Of a DNA stretch of 64,000 nt, positions 11,790-25,449 are shown in pieces (the stretch's first letter is position 1; each line of letters begins with the position of its first letter). A program made the position numbers and the translations under genes. The notes under the pieces are model-generated. The model searched no databases and was not told the origin of the DNA. It saw only the letters and a program-made list of their open reading frames with translations. This DNA comes from Chiloscyllium plagiosum (lineage: Eukaryota): NCBI RefSeq assembly GCF_004010195.1, contig NC_057720.1, positions 28,337,772 through 28,401,771 on the forward strand. The letters run 5' to 3'.

Positions 11790-14700
11790 TTATTCACTGC
11801 AGTATTCCTAGCCTCTGACCTGTTCTTGAAACCGCTGTATTAATGTGGCGAGTCTAGTTGAGTTTCTGGTAGTGTTAATGGCAAGAATGTTGAAAGTGGG
11901 GGATTCGGTGATAGTAACACCATTGAATGTCAAGGGATGGTGGTTAGATTGTCTGTTATTGGAGATGATCATTACCTGGCATATGTGTGGCATGAATGTT
12001 ACTTGCCACTTGTCAGCACAAGTGTGGATATTGTCCAAATCTTGTTGCATTTGAACATGGACTGCTTCAGTATCAGAGGAGTCGCGAATGGCGTTGAAAA
12101 TTGTGTAATCATTGGCAAACATCCCCACTTCTGATGGAGGGAAGGTCATTGATGTAGCAGCTGGAGATGGTTGGGCCTAAGATGCTATCTTGAGGAACTC
12201 CTGAAGAGATGTCCTGGAGCTGAGATTACTGACTTGCAATAATCATAAATATCTTTGTGTGTGCTAGATATGACTCCAACCAGTAGAGAGTTTGTCCTCT
12301 GATAACCATTGATTCCAGTTTTGCTAGGACTCAGGCTAACCATGGGTAAGGAAATCTCTTGCTGGTTACAATACACTTTTGCCTGATAAATCAGTACTTT
12401 ATCACAGCCTTGGTATCATGGGCTGTCACTCTCCCCTCACCTCTGAATTCAGATCTTTTGTCTGTCTTTGAATCAAGGCTGTATTGAGGTCAGGACCTAG
12501 GTAAGCTGGGAGTCACTGAGCAGGTAACTGCTGAGCAGGTACTGCTGGATATACTATTAATAATATCTTGCATCACTTTCCTAATGACCAGAAGTCAATT
12601 GATGGAGCGGTAATTGACTGGGTAATATTTGTTCTGCTTTTTATGTAAAGGACATACCTTGAACAGCTGGTGAAGGGAGCAGCAGTTTTTGGAGCACAGG
12701 TCTTCAGTACTATTGCTGGAATGTTGTCAAGACCCAATGCTTTTACAGTATGCAGTGCCTCCAACCTTTTATTGATATAATGTGGGGTGAATCGAATTGG
12801 TTAAGACTGGTGTCCGTGATGCTGGGGATCACTGAAAGTGGCTAAGATGAATCATCTACTCGGCATTCCTGGCTGAGGATACCTGCAAATGTTTCAGCCC
12901 TATCTTTTGCACTGTTGTGTTGAGTTCTCTGATCTTTGAGGATGGGAATATTTGTGGAGCCTTCTCCTCCAGTGAAATTTTAATTGTCCAACACCATTCA
13001 TGGGTGCAAGTGGCATGATTGTTGACCTTTAAGTCTGATCCATTGGTTGTGGGATCACTTTACTCTGTCTGTCACTTCATGCTTGTGTTGTTTGGCATGC
13101 AGGTAGTTCTGTTTGGTAGCTTCATCAAGTTTGATGTCTCATTTTTAGGTATGCCTGGTGCTGCTCCTGGTGTGCCTTCCTTCATTCTCCAAAAACCAGA
13201 ATTGATCCCCTGGCTTGATGGTAATGGTTGAATGGGGAATGTGTCAGGCCATAAAGTTGCAGATTGTGCTGTGGATGATCCATGGCACCTCATGGATACC
13301 CAGTCTTGAGTTGTTAGATCTATTTGACATCTGTCCCATTTAGTACGATGATAGTGCCGTGTAACACATTGGAGGTATTCTCAATGGGAAGGCGAGACTT
13401 CATCTCTACAAGGACTGTACAATGGTCATTCTTAATGATAATGTCGTGGATAGATGCATGTGCAACCAACAGATTAGTAAGGATGAGGTCAAGTATGTTT
13501 TTCCCTCTTATTGGTACCCTCAACACCTGCTACAGACCTTGTCTAGTAGCAAAGTCCTTTAAGACTCCAACAGCTTGATCAGTCATGCTGCTACAGAATA
13601 TCTTTTAGTTGAAACATTGAAATCTCCAAGCCAGTGTATTTTGTACCCTTGCCACCCTCAGTATTTCCTCTAAGTGTTTTTCAACATGGTGGAGTATTGA
13701 TTTATCAGCCAAAAGAGTATGGTAACCAGCAAGAGATTTTCTTACCCATGGTTAACCTGAAGCTATGAGACTTTATGGAGTCCAGAGTCAGTGTTGAGGA
13801 CTTGCAGGGCAACTCCCTCCTGACTCTATGCGACTATTCTGCCACCTCTGCTGGGTTTGACTGATGGGACAGGACATCTCCAGGGATAGTGATGGTGAAG
13901 TTCAGGAGATGTTTGTAAGTTATGAACCCTAAGTATGTTTATGCCAAGCTGTTGCTTGACTAGTGTATGAGACAGCTATCTCAGTTTTGTCACCACCCCC
14001 CAGATATTATTGAGGAGGACTTTGCAGGGCCTACAGAACTGTTTCTGGGGTTTTATCTGCTGCCTTGGTCAATGATAGCTGATCCATCCAGGTTAATTTC
14101 CTTGTTGAGACTTTGTAGCGATTGACATGATTGAGCGGCTTCCATTTCAGAGGGCAGTTGAGAGTCAAACACATCCCTGTGGGTCTGGAATCGCATGTAG
14201 GCCAGACCAGGTGAGGGTGGCAGATTTCCTTTCTTGAAAGATATTATTGAGCCCGATACATTTTTCCGGCAGTTGACAATGGTTTCATGATTATTTGTTG
14301 ATTCTTAATCTTAGTTTTTTTTTACTGAATTTAAATTCCACCATCTGCCATGGTGGAATTCAAATCCAGGAATGTTAGCTGTGTTTCTGGATTAATAGAA
14401 AGGAGAGGATTCTGAGACAGGATTTATGATTACTTGGAAAACCATAGTTTGATTACAGAGAGCATGGCTTTGTGAGGGGATGGTGATGCCTCAAAAACCT
14501 TATTGAGTTCTTTGAGAATGTGACAAAATACATTGATGAAGGTAAAGCAGTGGATGTGATGTACATGAATTTTAGGGAGACATTTGAAAAGGTTCCCCAT
14601 GGTAGGCTAATTCAGAAAGTAAGGAGGCCTGGGATACTGGGAAATCTGACTGCCTGAATACAGAATTAGCTGGTGCATAGAAGAGAAGGGTGGTGGTCGA

Positions 14701-15738
14701 TGGAAGCTATTTTAGCCTAGAGCTCAGTGACCAATGGTGTTCTGCAGGGATTGGTTCTGGGACCTCTGCTGTATACTTTTATAAATGGCTTGGATGAGGA
14801 ATGGAAGGATGGGTTAGTAGGTTAGTCGATGACATGAAGATTGGTGGAGTTGTAGACAGTGCGGAGGGCTGTTGTAGGTTGCAACAGGACATTGACAGGA
14901 TGCAGAGCTGGGCTGATAAGTGGCACATTGAGTTCAACCTGGAAAAGTATGAAGTGATTCACTTTGAAAGGTCAAATTTGAATGCAGAATACAAGGTTAA
15001 AGGCAGGATTCTTGCCAATGTGGAGGAACAGCGGGATCTTGGGATCCATGTCCATAGATCCCTCAACGTTGCCACCCAAGTTGATAGAGCTGTTAAGAAG
15101 GTGTATGGTGAGTTGGCTTTCATTAGCAGGGGATTGAGTTTAAGAGTCGTGAGGTTATGCTGCAGCTTGATGGACCCCTGGTTAGACCCCACTTGGAATA
15201 TTGTGTTCAGTTCTGGTCACCTCATTATCGGAAAGGTGTGAAAGTTTTAGAGAGGGTACAGAGGAGATTTACCAGGACTGGAGGGCACATCTTATGAAGA
15301 AAGGTTGAGGGAGCTAGGGCTTTTCTCATTGGAGTGAAGAAGGATGAAAGGTGACATGATAGAGGTGTACAAAATGATGAAAGGCATTAATAGAGTGGAT
15401 AGCTAGATAATTTTTCACATGCCGGAAATGTCTGTCACGAGGGGGCATAATTTTAAGGTGATTGGAGGAGGTTTGGGGAGATGTCAGTGGTAGGTTCTTT
15501 ACACACAGAGTGGTGGGTGCATGGAATGTACTGCCATCAGTGGTAGTATAATCAGATACATTAGGGACATTTAAGTGACTCTTGAATAGGCACATGGATG
15601 ATAGTAAAATGAAGAATATCTGGTTTAGTCGAGAAGGATAAAAGGTCGATACAACATTGAGGGCTGAAGGGCCTGTACTGTGCTTTACTGTTCTATGTTC
15701 AATACTAGTCAATCGATAATACCACTGGACCATCACCT
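11790..15738 (-). mobile_element. CR1-group LINE (APE+RT, no visible ORF1) with a tRNA-like 5' head; 3' end missing; head split by a CR1 insertion
   Basis: RT/APE remnants 'GMFANDYTIF', 'KALGLDNIPAIVLKTCAP' and 'RGKNILDLILTN'; head at 14148-14396 plus 15702-15738 with A-box-like TGGTCCAGTGG and a B-box-like motif. Confidence 0.8.
14397..15700 (+). mobile_element. CR1/HER1-type LINE, 5'-truncated (RT to 3' tail)
   Basis: 'VSRLVDDMKIGGVVDS...LQQDIDRMQSWADKW...EQRDLGIHVH'; tail 'gggctgaagggcctgtactgtgctttactgttctatgttc'. Confidence 0.9.
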
Positions 15739-17781
15739 GGGCCTTCAACAGCATAAATTTCAATTCAAAATTCAAATGTTAACATTTTATCCAAGTAGCT
15801 CTCAGTTACTTATTAGTCTTGACCTCCAGGCATCTCTGGAGTACATGACCACGATTTTAATTTCAGGATTATTTCCCAAAGCTCACTCCATTTCTTCAAG
15901 TCGAACACAATCTTTGACGAGTTGGTCAGTCAATAGCCAGGCTCCAATTCAGGACATCTGATGGACCATTAGGAGATCCTTAAACATTAGAGATTGACAA
16001 CACCACCATCAGATGTGGAAGCTGTCAATGTATGTCGGTAACTGAAGACAGAGGCATCCTCTGAGGACGTTTTATTCAAAGCTAAAGTTTTATTGTGCAT
16101 GACTGCAAGACTTATTTTTGAAAGAAATTCCCTGCACAGAAAGGCCTGCAGTTGTGGCCATATAATAGTTCTGGACATTGTAGGAGGAGCGGAAGTTAAA
16201 AATGTTCCTAAGGCACTATACCAGATGGCGTCTCAGAGCGTCCTTTGTAGGCTTTTTTGGACCTCAGTTACTACTAGTTACTCACCACCCTCTCCCAACC
16301 ATCCACTTTTAAAATGGACACTGGCAGCAAGCAGGCACACTACTCTCTGAAGCCAATTTTCTTCTCCTCCTGCCTCTGATGCGCATCAATACTGCCTCAT
16401 AGTTCCCACTGCATTGATTGTAAATTCCTTGTCATTGTTACAATTTTACAGATAAGCTTGAACCAATCTTATCATTCCTGGTTGCTCAAGTTCTGACCTG
16501 CAGCTAGCATTCACCTCATTGCTCTACTGTATGTTCTCTGCACCCTGTAATCAGTGATAGCTTAATCATCACACTCTTGTATTCTAAAATTATCTCCATA
16601 AGCCTGTTTACTTGGTTCTATCTCTCCCCACCTTCAAAAATTTTCTTCCAAGTTAATCTTTTCAATTGTATCTTCCATTTTGAGCCATGTTTCACCTGTC
16701 CCTGCTGCCCACTATCTCCTCTTACACTCACTGCTCTAATTGTGATCCAAATTGCAATATTTTCAAAATTTATAAATGTGATATAAGTACAATTTGTAGC
16801 TATTAACTCTGATCATTGCCTGTAAACGTTTTATTTTCATGAATCATACCACATTGGAAAACATTAGGAGTATGAAAGTTTCAAAACATAAGGAGAGGCA
16901 CTAAAGGTTCAAGCATTGCTTTGATCAATTGTGTTGGTTCAGGGTAGCATAGGTTGAGGGTAGGTCATCACCTGCATTCTGGAGTGGAATGCGCTGATTG
17001 ATATGAGAAAACCAAAGGCGAAAGGTTAAAATCAGTCTATATTTTACTGTACATATGGACCATTTCATTCTGTTTATATTTTAAAAACCTACAAAACATT
17101 ACACTGCAAGTCTCTTTGGGGAGAGTCGGACACGTAAACCTGCCAAAACAGTCTTTCAAAAAAACTTGTGTTTTATACTTTTACATGAAAACTGAAAGGG
17201 TAAAATTGCTGATATTACCAAAGTTTGAAATAAATGACTTACAGTTTTTTTTAAGCAAGGGCAGTCACAGTTAAATTGCAGACTAATGTTTTAGGTGACT
17301 AGTTGTAATTTTGTTTTATTTGAGGTTGTTACTTTTATTTAAGAAGAATGGAGAAAGGGAAATGAAAAGCAAGTATGGGGGCATATGTAGTTATGTGTAG
17401 ACAATGACAGTAGACAAAGCAAAGTAATCAGATGTGCAGAATATATAGATCTAAGGGAATTTCACTGTAATGGGGGGACATGTGACCCCTCAATAGTGCA
17501 ATAGTACAGGCAATATATACTCCGATTTACATTCTGATTTTAACTGTGGAAACAGACTAAATTATTAGAAATTTTAAGAATTTAAACTTAAAACTGTTCA
17601 TCACTGTCTTTGAAAAGAAGGTGCGCATAGATCTGGAAAGGGAAATGTTTGTACTGTTAAGAAAGAACTTGGATTTAAAGAGTGTCTTTTGTATCATGAA
17701 GAAAATCAATGCCAGGGAATTCTGAAGCATAGTGTCCTATTTTATGACCATTTGCAGCAGCCAACTTTTCACTCAACAGAG

Positions 17782-18140
17782 TTTTTTTATTCATTCACAG
17801 GAAATGGACATTACTAGCTAGGCCATCATTTATCACCTGTCCCTAATTGCTCAGATGGCAGTTAAGATTCAAACAGATTGCTTTGGGTCCAGAGCTGCAT
17901 GCAGGCCAGAGCAGATAAGGAAAGTAGTTTCCTTCCCTAAAGGACATTAGTGAACCAGATGACCTATTCAGACAATTGACATCAATTTCACAGTCAATAT
18001 TAGACTCTTCGTTCCAGATTTTTATTAAATTCAAATTTCACCATTTGTCATGATGAGATTCAAACCTAGGTTCTGAGAATGTCACCTGAATCTCCGTATT
18101 AATAATCTAGCGAGAATGTCACTGACGATTGCCTTTCCTT
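17782..18140 (-). mobile_element. tRNA-headed bipartite SINE (head+tail of the 11790-15738 LINE family)
   Basis: Poly-T tail and shared core 'ttccttccctaaaggacattagtgaaccagatg'; homologous to 29305-29658 and 14148-14396. Confidence 0.8.
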
Positions 18141-18326
18141 AAATTATATCGTTCGATAAATAACAAGATGAATAACTACCAAATCTGTTTTAGTGTGTTA
18201 GTGTTAAGAGATAAATGTTAACAAAGACATAGAAAGAAATCCCTGCTTTCGTTCTCATAGCGCAGTTGTCTTATGCATTCATTTATGGAGCAGCGGGAGC
18301 TTGATTTAATCACACAACCAAAAGGT

Positions 18327-18552
18327 AAAGTGGCCACACATCCAGAAGATCATTAGGCTGCTCTCTCATAGAGAGCAAGAGAGAGAGAGAGAGAGACGAG
18401 TGAGGGTGAGTTTAACCTGAGGTCAGGCGAGGGGTGAGGTTCAGAAGGTGGGACCTCCATGATACCCTCAACCAGTATAAGAGTTCAGCCAGCACTATTG
18501 ATGTCACTGCATCGTAAGCCAGCTGTTTGGCCAACTGAGCTAACTGACCCCC
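18327..18552 (-). mobile_element. tRNA-derived SINE with internal (GA)n
   Basis: Minus-strand head 'gggggtcagttagctcagttggcc' (A-box-like); (GA)n near 18378-18396. Confidence 0.6.
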
Positions 18553-19094
18553 TGGACAGCTTGTCTCAATATAGTGTTCCCTAGTTACTGGATTGAAAGT
18601 TGAATTGTGAAGATGCGTTTTAAAAAAAGCTTTCCTGCCTTTGACATGATAGTGCTACCAACTAAGCTAAATTGTTAATTATTGCACATTTTATGTGCAT
18701 CTTAATTCTAAATGAGATGATATCTGCATAAAAACAGCATCCACGGATGTAGTATGACTATTCATATGATGACTTTGCTAATCATTATTGCTACACTAAA
18801 GATGATAAACTTTAAATTTAAAGAGCTAAAATTAGCTAGGTAAACACTTACTTACACAACTAGAAATGTCATCTTAATAATTGACTGCACTTCAATGATG
18901 TTATTTCAGGTTTGCCACTTCAGTGTGTCATTTATACTACTTATAACAGAACATTATATGCAGCTTCAATGGAGCTCTGTAAAAATCGATGTTTTATTTT
19001 AAAATGAGATACATAAATGAGTACTTATCAATGTTTGTAGTCACCCAATAAATTGCCCTCACTTAATTGTTAGCATTATTTTGTCTCATATACA

Positions 19095-19350
19095 AGATAA
19101 ATTCAAGACCCCCTCGAGGATTTGAGTGCATAATTTAGGCAGAGACTTCAAAGCAGAGAATACTGTACTGTCTGAAGAGTTGTCTTTCAGATGAATTGGT
19201 CAGCAAACATTGTCTACCTGATCAGACTCATGTACAACAAAAATATAAACCACCAGTCATTCATTCAGTTGCTGAGTGACTGACACAGTACTTCAAAAAG
19301 TAAATTATTGGTTAATGGTCTAAGGATGTGGTAATGCACTGTAAGGTCTT
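19095..19350 (+). mobile_element. DeuSINE (SacSINE1-like) remnant
   Basis: 'gagtgcataatttaggcagagacttc...ctgtactgtctgaagagttgtctttcagatga' resembles the Deu-domain start (ctgcactgtcggaggtgccgtctttcggatga); tail 'tacttcaaaagtaaattattgg'. Confidence 0.5.
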
Positions 19351-22300
19351 ACCCCTTTTATGTTTCTTGGCTTGTTTGGTGACTTCAAATATCTGAGAAT
19401 TGGTGCAGAATCTATATTTTTAATTTTTGGTGAATGTGAGTTTCTCTTTTAATCTGGTATGTTGGAAGGACTTGTCCCATATAGATGCTTATAACAAGGC
19501 ACTCCTCAAGCTTTGAAGATGTACGATGTGTGAGGAATTTTGCACTTTGCCATTTATATTCCTCGTCATGCCAGAACAGAACTTCCACAGATTATAGTGA
19601 ATTTCCCAGTGTCATTCTGATATGCCGTTTTGAGATGATCTGTCAGTGCCTGAGACTGGAAGTGGAAAATCGTTGCTCTTGAGTGCACAGTAAATTAAAA
19701 GGATATTCTGCTTCATCCTTCTACTTTATCTGGAGGTCAAAGATGGATGAGATCTGTAGGTACACCATGCACAAAACGCTAAATAGAAGGGAGAAGAATT
19801 TACCTAACATCAACCTCATCAAGATGGCAAACTTAATGTAAGGCTGCACCGAGCTGTGTAGATCTATGATATACAAACACCAAGTATTCCACCTGTCCCC
19901 GGTGTTTTCAAATTTAAGTCTAGCCATATTGCTGCAAAATGCTCCAAGTAGATGGAGTGTATAATGATGCCTGTCCCTCATAAGACAATAAGACACGAGC
20001 AGAAGTAAGCCATCCAGCCAATCTCATCTACTCCGCCATTCACTGTGATCATGGAATGGTTTAGACAGAAAAAATCATTTGACTGCAAGGCCATCAAACT
20101 GTGATCAGCGTTTAACATCATGAAGGTCCTGCAAGAGGAAGACTGTTGATCCTGTCCAAGACTATGAGGAATTGGCAGTAAATACTGACCCAGCCAATCA
20201 CACCCATCTTTCATAAATTAATTTAAAAAGAAGTTCCCTAAGCAGACTGTCAGTCATTTGGTAAAATGCCATGGTTTCAAAACTTTCAAGCATGTTTCAA
20301 GTTGTAGCTTGATTGACAGTTCATACATTCCTGGATTCTGTACCACAATATGCTGACCTTGAGATGGGTACAGTGATGAAGAGACTGTCACAAATTCTTT
20401 CTGGAATGTGCCTTTGCAAAGGTATGGAAAAAGATGCAGTGGTTTTGCCATAGTTAATTCTAAAATGCTCTGTGATGCAGGGGTACAAGATTGACATCAC
20501 CTGAATCTGGAAGGCCAACAACTCAGTGAAAAATACTTATTACTCTGCTTGAAACATGCTGGTCTTCCAGTTCGAAGAGTTGCCCTGACCATGTTTTGCA
20601 GACTGGCCTATTCCAAGGTCTAGCACCAAATACTGAGGACCAAACTAAACCTTGGGCAACCAAAGGTGCAGTGGGAAAGGCCAGTGCCTAAAGTCTTTCA
20701 GTAATTATGTACCAAGGAGCTGTTAACTTCTAGAATCCCTCAGCTTTCTGCTTGTTACTGAATTTATATAATTAATGTCGCATTTAGTTAACACTACATT
20801 TTTGTAATTGAATTGAGACACCTAAGGTGGAATATGCTCACTGAGGAAAAATTGTATTAACTTGCATTTTCTGTCGTATCCTATTTGAAATGTTTTGCAA
20901 TATATTTTTAGATAATTTTATGAGTGAACTGTATTTTTGCAGAAAGGTAGGGACATATTGCCTCCGATGCATAATGCATTGAAAGTCCACAAAGAGAAAT
21001 AGAAGTGTTTCAGTTGCCTGGGTTTCAACATGTTCGGATGTCCCCAAACGTATTTTCCTGACGACAAGTCATAGGTCAACAGTGAGGGATGGAAACTGGC
21101 TAATCTCAGTTTTTCTATTTGTGACTCAGAGCTGTCAAGACCAATTATAGCACCATTTCTATCAAAGTGGTCAAAAGCAACTAACAGCAGAGATGAAATA
21201 TTAAATCTAGGACATGCCAGGACTTTGTAGATCAATACATTTGTATATTGAACTATTGAAAGAGTTTGTGCTCGCATTGATAGTGGCTGTGCCCTCTCAT
21301 GAGAGTGCGCAAACCAAATAATATGCTGAACTCTTAGTTTGTTTAGAAATTGCTTTTGTACAACTACTTAAGTTTATGGAGCATTCCTTGCATCGTACAA
21401 AGTGCTTTACAGGCCCATGTCCAGCAGAAATGATGCTGAAAACCCGTAATAGCCCTGGATATTTGGGCAGTTCAAGCAGTGAAATGGAAAATTGGAAGAG
21501 CAGGCTCAACAAGGAAAGATGAAATCTGCATTTGTAAGTTGAGTTTCAGTGTGGCCCAGAATGTTGGCAAATGTATATAACGCACTTGTGATTGATGCGG
21601 CGGTTGGTTGTGTGGGAGCAAATGTAAACTCGGGGCAGCATTCACTAAGATTGTCCAACAAGCAAAGAATTGGATGAAATCTTGTAAGGTGTTGAGGCTC
21701 GGAATATACAAAAAAACAAATTAAAGGGTGTTTGGGGAAAATTAACTCCAAAAAGAATACTGTGGGAAGGAAAATTAATGAAACGGAATAGGATTAGTAG
21801 GATCCCTAGAATAAAGATCAGCATGTGCTTCAGTGCTCATATTGAATCTTAAGACTGTGATAGAGAGGGCTGGGAGTGCTAAGGTAAAGCACAGTGAGAT
21901 TTTATCAAGTGAGTAATTCAGGGTTGAGTGAGGTTTACAGCATGAGAGACAAAAGCTGACAGATAAGTAGAGTGGGACACGGGGTCAGAGTGTTATACAG
22001 AGACAAATGGAAAGGAAAGAAATGGTAAAATATGGAGATGAGGAAATTTTAGATGTGGGATAGTTTTTTGTGCACAGGTGAAAAAGACAAAATATTGATA
22101 GAACAAAGTAGAAAATATTGGAAAGGAAGTAAATTATATATGAGGAAGGAAACAAGGTAGAAAAGGAGAGTAGGGACTTGGTATTTGAGGAAATATAATT
22201 GAAATCTGTACACAAGTAATCAGTTTCATCCAGACCAGCTTGTTTACAGTGAAGCCTTGCTGTGAAGGTCAGGACGGATGGGATTAATAGCAGTGTAAAC

Positions 22301-23562
22301 TAAACAAAATATAAACAGAATAGCAGAGTCACAGTCAAGTATCAGACAGGGTACAAATAGCAAAAATAAATAACATAATAGAGTAAACAGACCAAAAATT
22401 ATAATCAGTGCCAATAAACCAGTCCATTCCAGGCGTGTTTCTTCAGTGAATTAGTATGCGAGTATGTAGCTGCATTTGTCTGCAAAGTGAGTTCCTTATT
22501 ATGAAAGGATTATAGTTGTTTAATACTAACTAATGGTTTTCCATAGCGTTGATTATGGTAAATCACAAGATGCATTGTTTTATGCCAACAAGGTTATGAT
22601 CCTCTAAATCCACAAAATATAATGTCTGTGAATTGCAGGCTGGCATCGACCTGTAAATTCCTGATACCAAGTCAGGAGAAACCACCACCAAAAAATACTT
22701 GTCCCCCAGATTTTGCAGTAATAATGACAGTAAATGGCCATTGGTAATGACCATTGTCACTCCTCTGAAATGAACAGTGAGTTTCGAACTTCACCCACAT
22801 GCAGAGATACAAGATGAAAGCAGAATCCAGAAGTTGCTGTCAGTGATTCTGTGGTTCTCCGAAAGGTATGCTGTTGAAGTCATCCAAGTGTGTAATAAAA
22901 AATTATTGAATAAATGAGGGCATTCACTTTTGTGCTCTCAGTCCTGCTGTAAAAACAAATGCAAATAACTGTGCCTTGTTGTATGAGGTATGATTGGGTT
23001 AGTATCCCTATACTACATTGTTTTTTTGTAATATTTTAGTTTCTGCCTTAGCTTTGTTAATCTCAGTTTTGTTATCTGGAATGTTTAAAAATGAAAAGGG
23101 ATTCATTGTTTTTTACTTCCTGGTTTGCTGTCTGTGAGAATACGTCAGTAAAGTTGGCTGCTTTGGCTTTGCCTGTTTGATAGCATCAGTATTTCTGGAT
23201 GCCTGAAAGTTCTCTAGACCTAGCTCCCAGTTTTCCTGATTTCAAGAAAAGTGAGTTCTGTATCTCTGAGATTGGTAGTTCTTATGAGCAACTTCCTTTT
23301 AAACCAGCAGTAAATGCCTGTTGACCTCAGAATCCAGCCTAATATTTTTGATGTCTTTAAGCGTGACAGATTCTAAATTTTTATTAATTAGATGATGAGT
23401 CCTGTCATACCCAGGACAGTTCTGGATTTGATTTGTAGCACATCCATCCCTCTGCATCTTGTCAGCTCTCCCTTTCAATCAGTTAAAATTGACTGCTCGT
23501 GGAACTTCTGGTTTGATTTTAAGAAGCTGCCTGCTGATGTGCAGTTTCTTTAGTGATACATA

Positions 23563-23935
23563 GCCATAGAGTGATACAGCGTGGAAACAGACCCTGTCGG
23601 TCCAACTCGTCCATGCCGACCAGGTTCCTAAGCTAAACTCGTCCACTTGCCTGCATTTGGCCCATATCCCTTCAAACCTTGCCTATTTATGTACTTATCC
23701 ATAGGGGCGGCACGGTGGCACAGTGGTTAGCACTGCTGCCTCACAGCGCCAGAGACTAAGCTAAACTCGTCCACTTGCCTGCATTTGGCCCATATCCCTT
23801 CAAACCTTGCCTATTTATGTACTTATCCAAAAGTATTTTAATGTAATAACTGTATCTGCATCTTTAGCAGTTCATTCCACACTTCATGGAAAAAAGTTGT
23901 CCTTCATGCTATTTTTAAATCTTTCACTCTCACCT
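23563..23935 (-). mobile_element. CR1/HER1 3' fragment containing a SINE head and a 74-bp duplication
   Basis: HER1-type tail 'catagagtgatacagcgtggaaacagaccc...'. Confidence 0.8.
23702..23755 (+). mobile_element. Isolated 5' head of an HE1/V-SINE
   Basis: ggggcggcacggtggcacagtggttagcactgctgcctcacagcgccagaga is the tRNA-derived HE1 head, cut before the B box. Confidence 0.9.
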
Positions 23936-24169
23936 TAGATTGACAATTTTCTGTCCATTCATTTTAGTTATTTTTTTTAACTCCAGCAGCCAAATTTCGA
24001 GCTTGTGTACCATGTGTTTTTCCACATTGATAAAAACCAAATTCAGAGAACATCCACCTAAACTACCACCTAAAATTGGGGAGAGCTTCATAAGTAATTG
24101 AATTAAAACAATGGGTAAAGGTCATTTTAGTGTGAATTTAATTTCCTGATTGCATTGTACCTTAAGACA

Positions 24170-24786
24170 GATCACAGAGTCATAAAGATGTACACATGGA
24201 AACAGAGCCTTCGGTTGAACCCATCCATGCCAACCAGATATCCAAACTCAATCTAGTCCCACCTGCCAGCACCTGGCCCATATCCCTCCAAATCCTTCCT
24301 ATTCATATATCTATCCAGATGCCTTTTAAATGTTGCAATTGTACCAGCCTCCACCACTTCTTCTGGCAGCTCATTCCATATATGTACCACCCTCTGTGTG
24401 AAAAAGTTGCCCCTTGTGTCTCTTTTATATCTTTCCCCTCTCACCCTAAACCTATGCCCTCTGGTTCTGGACTCTCCAACCCCAGGGAAAAGACTTTGTC
24501 TATTTATCCTATCCATGCCCCTCATAATTTTGTAAACCTCTATAATGTCACCCCTCAACCTCCGACGCTCCAAAGCAAACAGCCCCAGCCTGTTCAGCCT
24601 CTCCTTATAGCTCAACTCCTCCAGCCATGGCAACATCCTTGTAAATCTTTTCTGAACCCTTTCAAGTTTCACATCATCTTTCCGATAGGAAGGAGACTAG
24701 AATTTCACGCAATATTCCAAAAGTGGCCTAACCAATGTCCTGTACAGCCACAACATGACCTCCCAACTCCTGTACTCAATACTCTG
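24170..24786 (-). mobile_element. CR1/HER1 LINE 3' fragment
   Basis: ORF 24253-24672 'LERVQKRFTRMLP...LERRRLRGDIIEVYKIM...FFTQRVVHIWNELP'. Confidence 0.93.
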
Positions 24787-25449
24787 ACATTAGCGACCAT
24801 GTTTCGTACTTTATGACACAAATACACTTTTAATATTCCATATAATTGCCTATAAAGCATTTTTTGAAGTATTTGTCGGTTATGAAAAGCACTGTGTAAA
24901 TACAGGTTTTTCTTTGCCATTTGACTTCTCTTGAGCCATTATGACAACTTTACTGAACCTGCTTTTTTACCACCACTTTTAGTGCCAAGGGGGTTATCCA
25001 ATTCTCAGAAAAAGATGACCGACTGAATGGTAGTTAGTACCAGAGGTATCCTGTGCCTCCATTGGGACCCCCTTCACAAGCATCTACAAGCAGAAATGCA
25101 CATACCCTACCTTCATAAAGTATTACTTTGTGTGAATTTTCATTATTTTTAAAACCTTTATACACTTCCCATTAGCATTCCCTGTTTTGAGGAGAGTGAT
25201 ATCTACTTTCTAACATAGTTTCCAAAGTTCTAGTAAATCCCTTCTTCTTTTCCTTCAGGGGCTTGACATTTTTCTGATGCTCACAGTTCTCCACAATATT
25301 CTCCAGCAATCTTACCAGTGTTTTGTATATGTTTAGCAAAACTTCCTTGCTTCTGCACCTCTTGTTCCATTTATAACGTTGTGAATCCTGTATGCATTTT
25401 TAACAGCCATTTCAACTTGCCCTGTCTCCTTCAAAGATTTGTGCATGAA

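Larger units (their letters stand above)
17660..18670 (-). mobile_element. Ancient DeuSINE (SacSINE1-like) remnant interrupted by two younger SINEs
   Basis: Tail-like 'aaagaacttggatttaaagagtgtcttt', Deu-like middle at 18160-18325 and head-like 'agtgctaccaactaagcta'; heavily diverged. Confidence 0.45.

Noticed and set aside
17494..17503. TAGTGCAATA, like the 5' end of miR-454/miR-301
   Set aside because: The match ends after ~10 nt and there is no convincing pre-miRNA hairpin
18680..18700. TATTGCACATT (miR-32-like 5' end) with a tiny hairpin
   Set aside because: Only 11 nt match, and the hairpin is far too short for a pre-miRNA
24196..24816. 206-aa plus-strand ORF
   Set aside because: Antisense shadow of the CR1/HER1 ORF2 C-terminus
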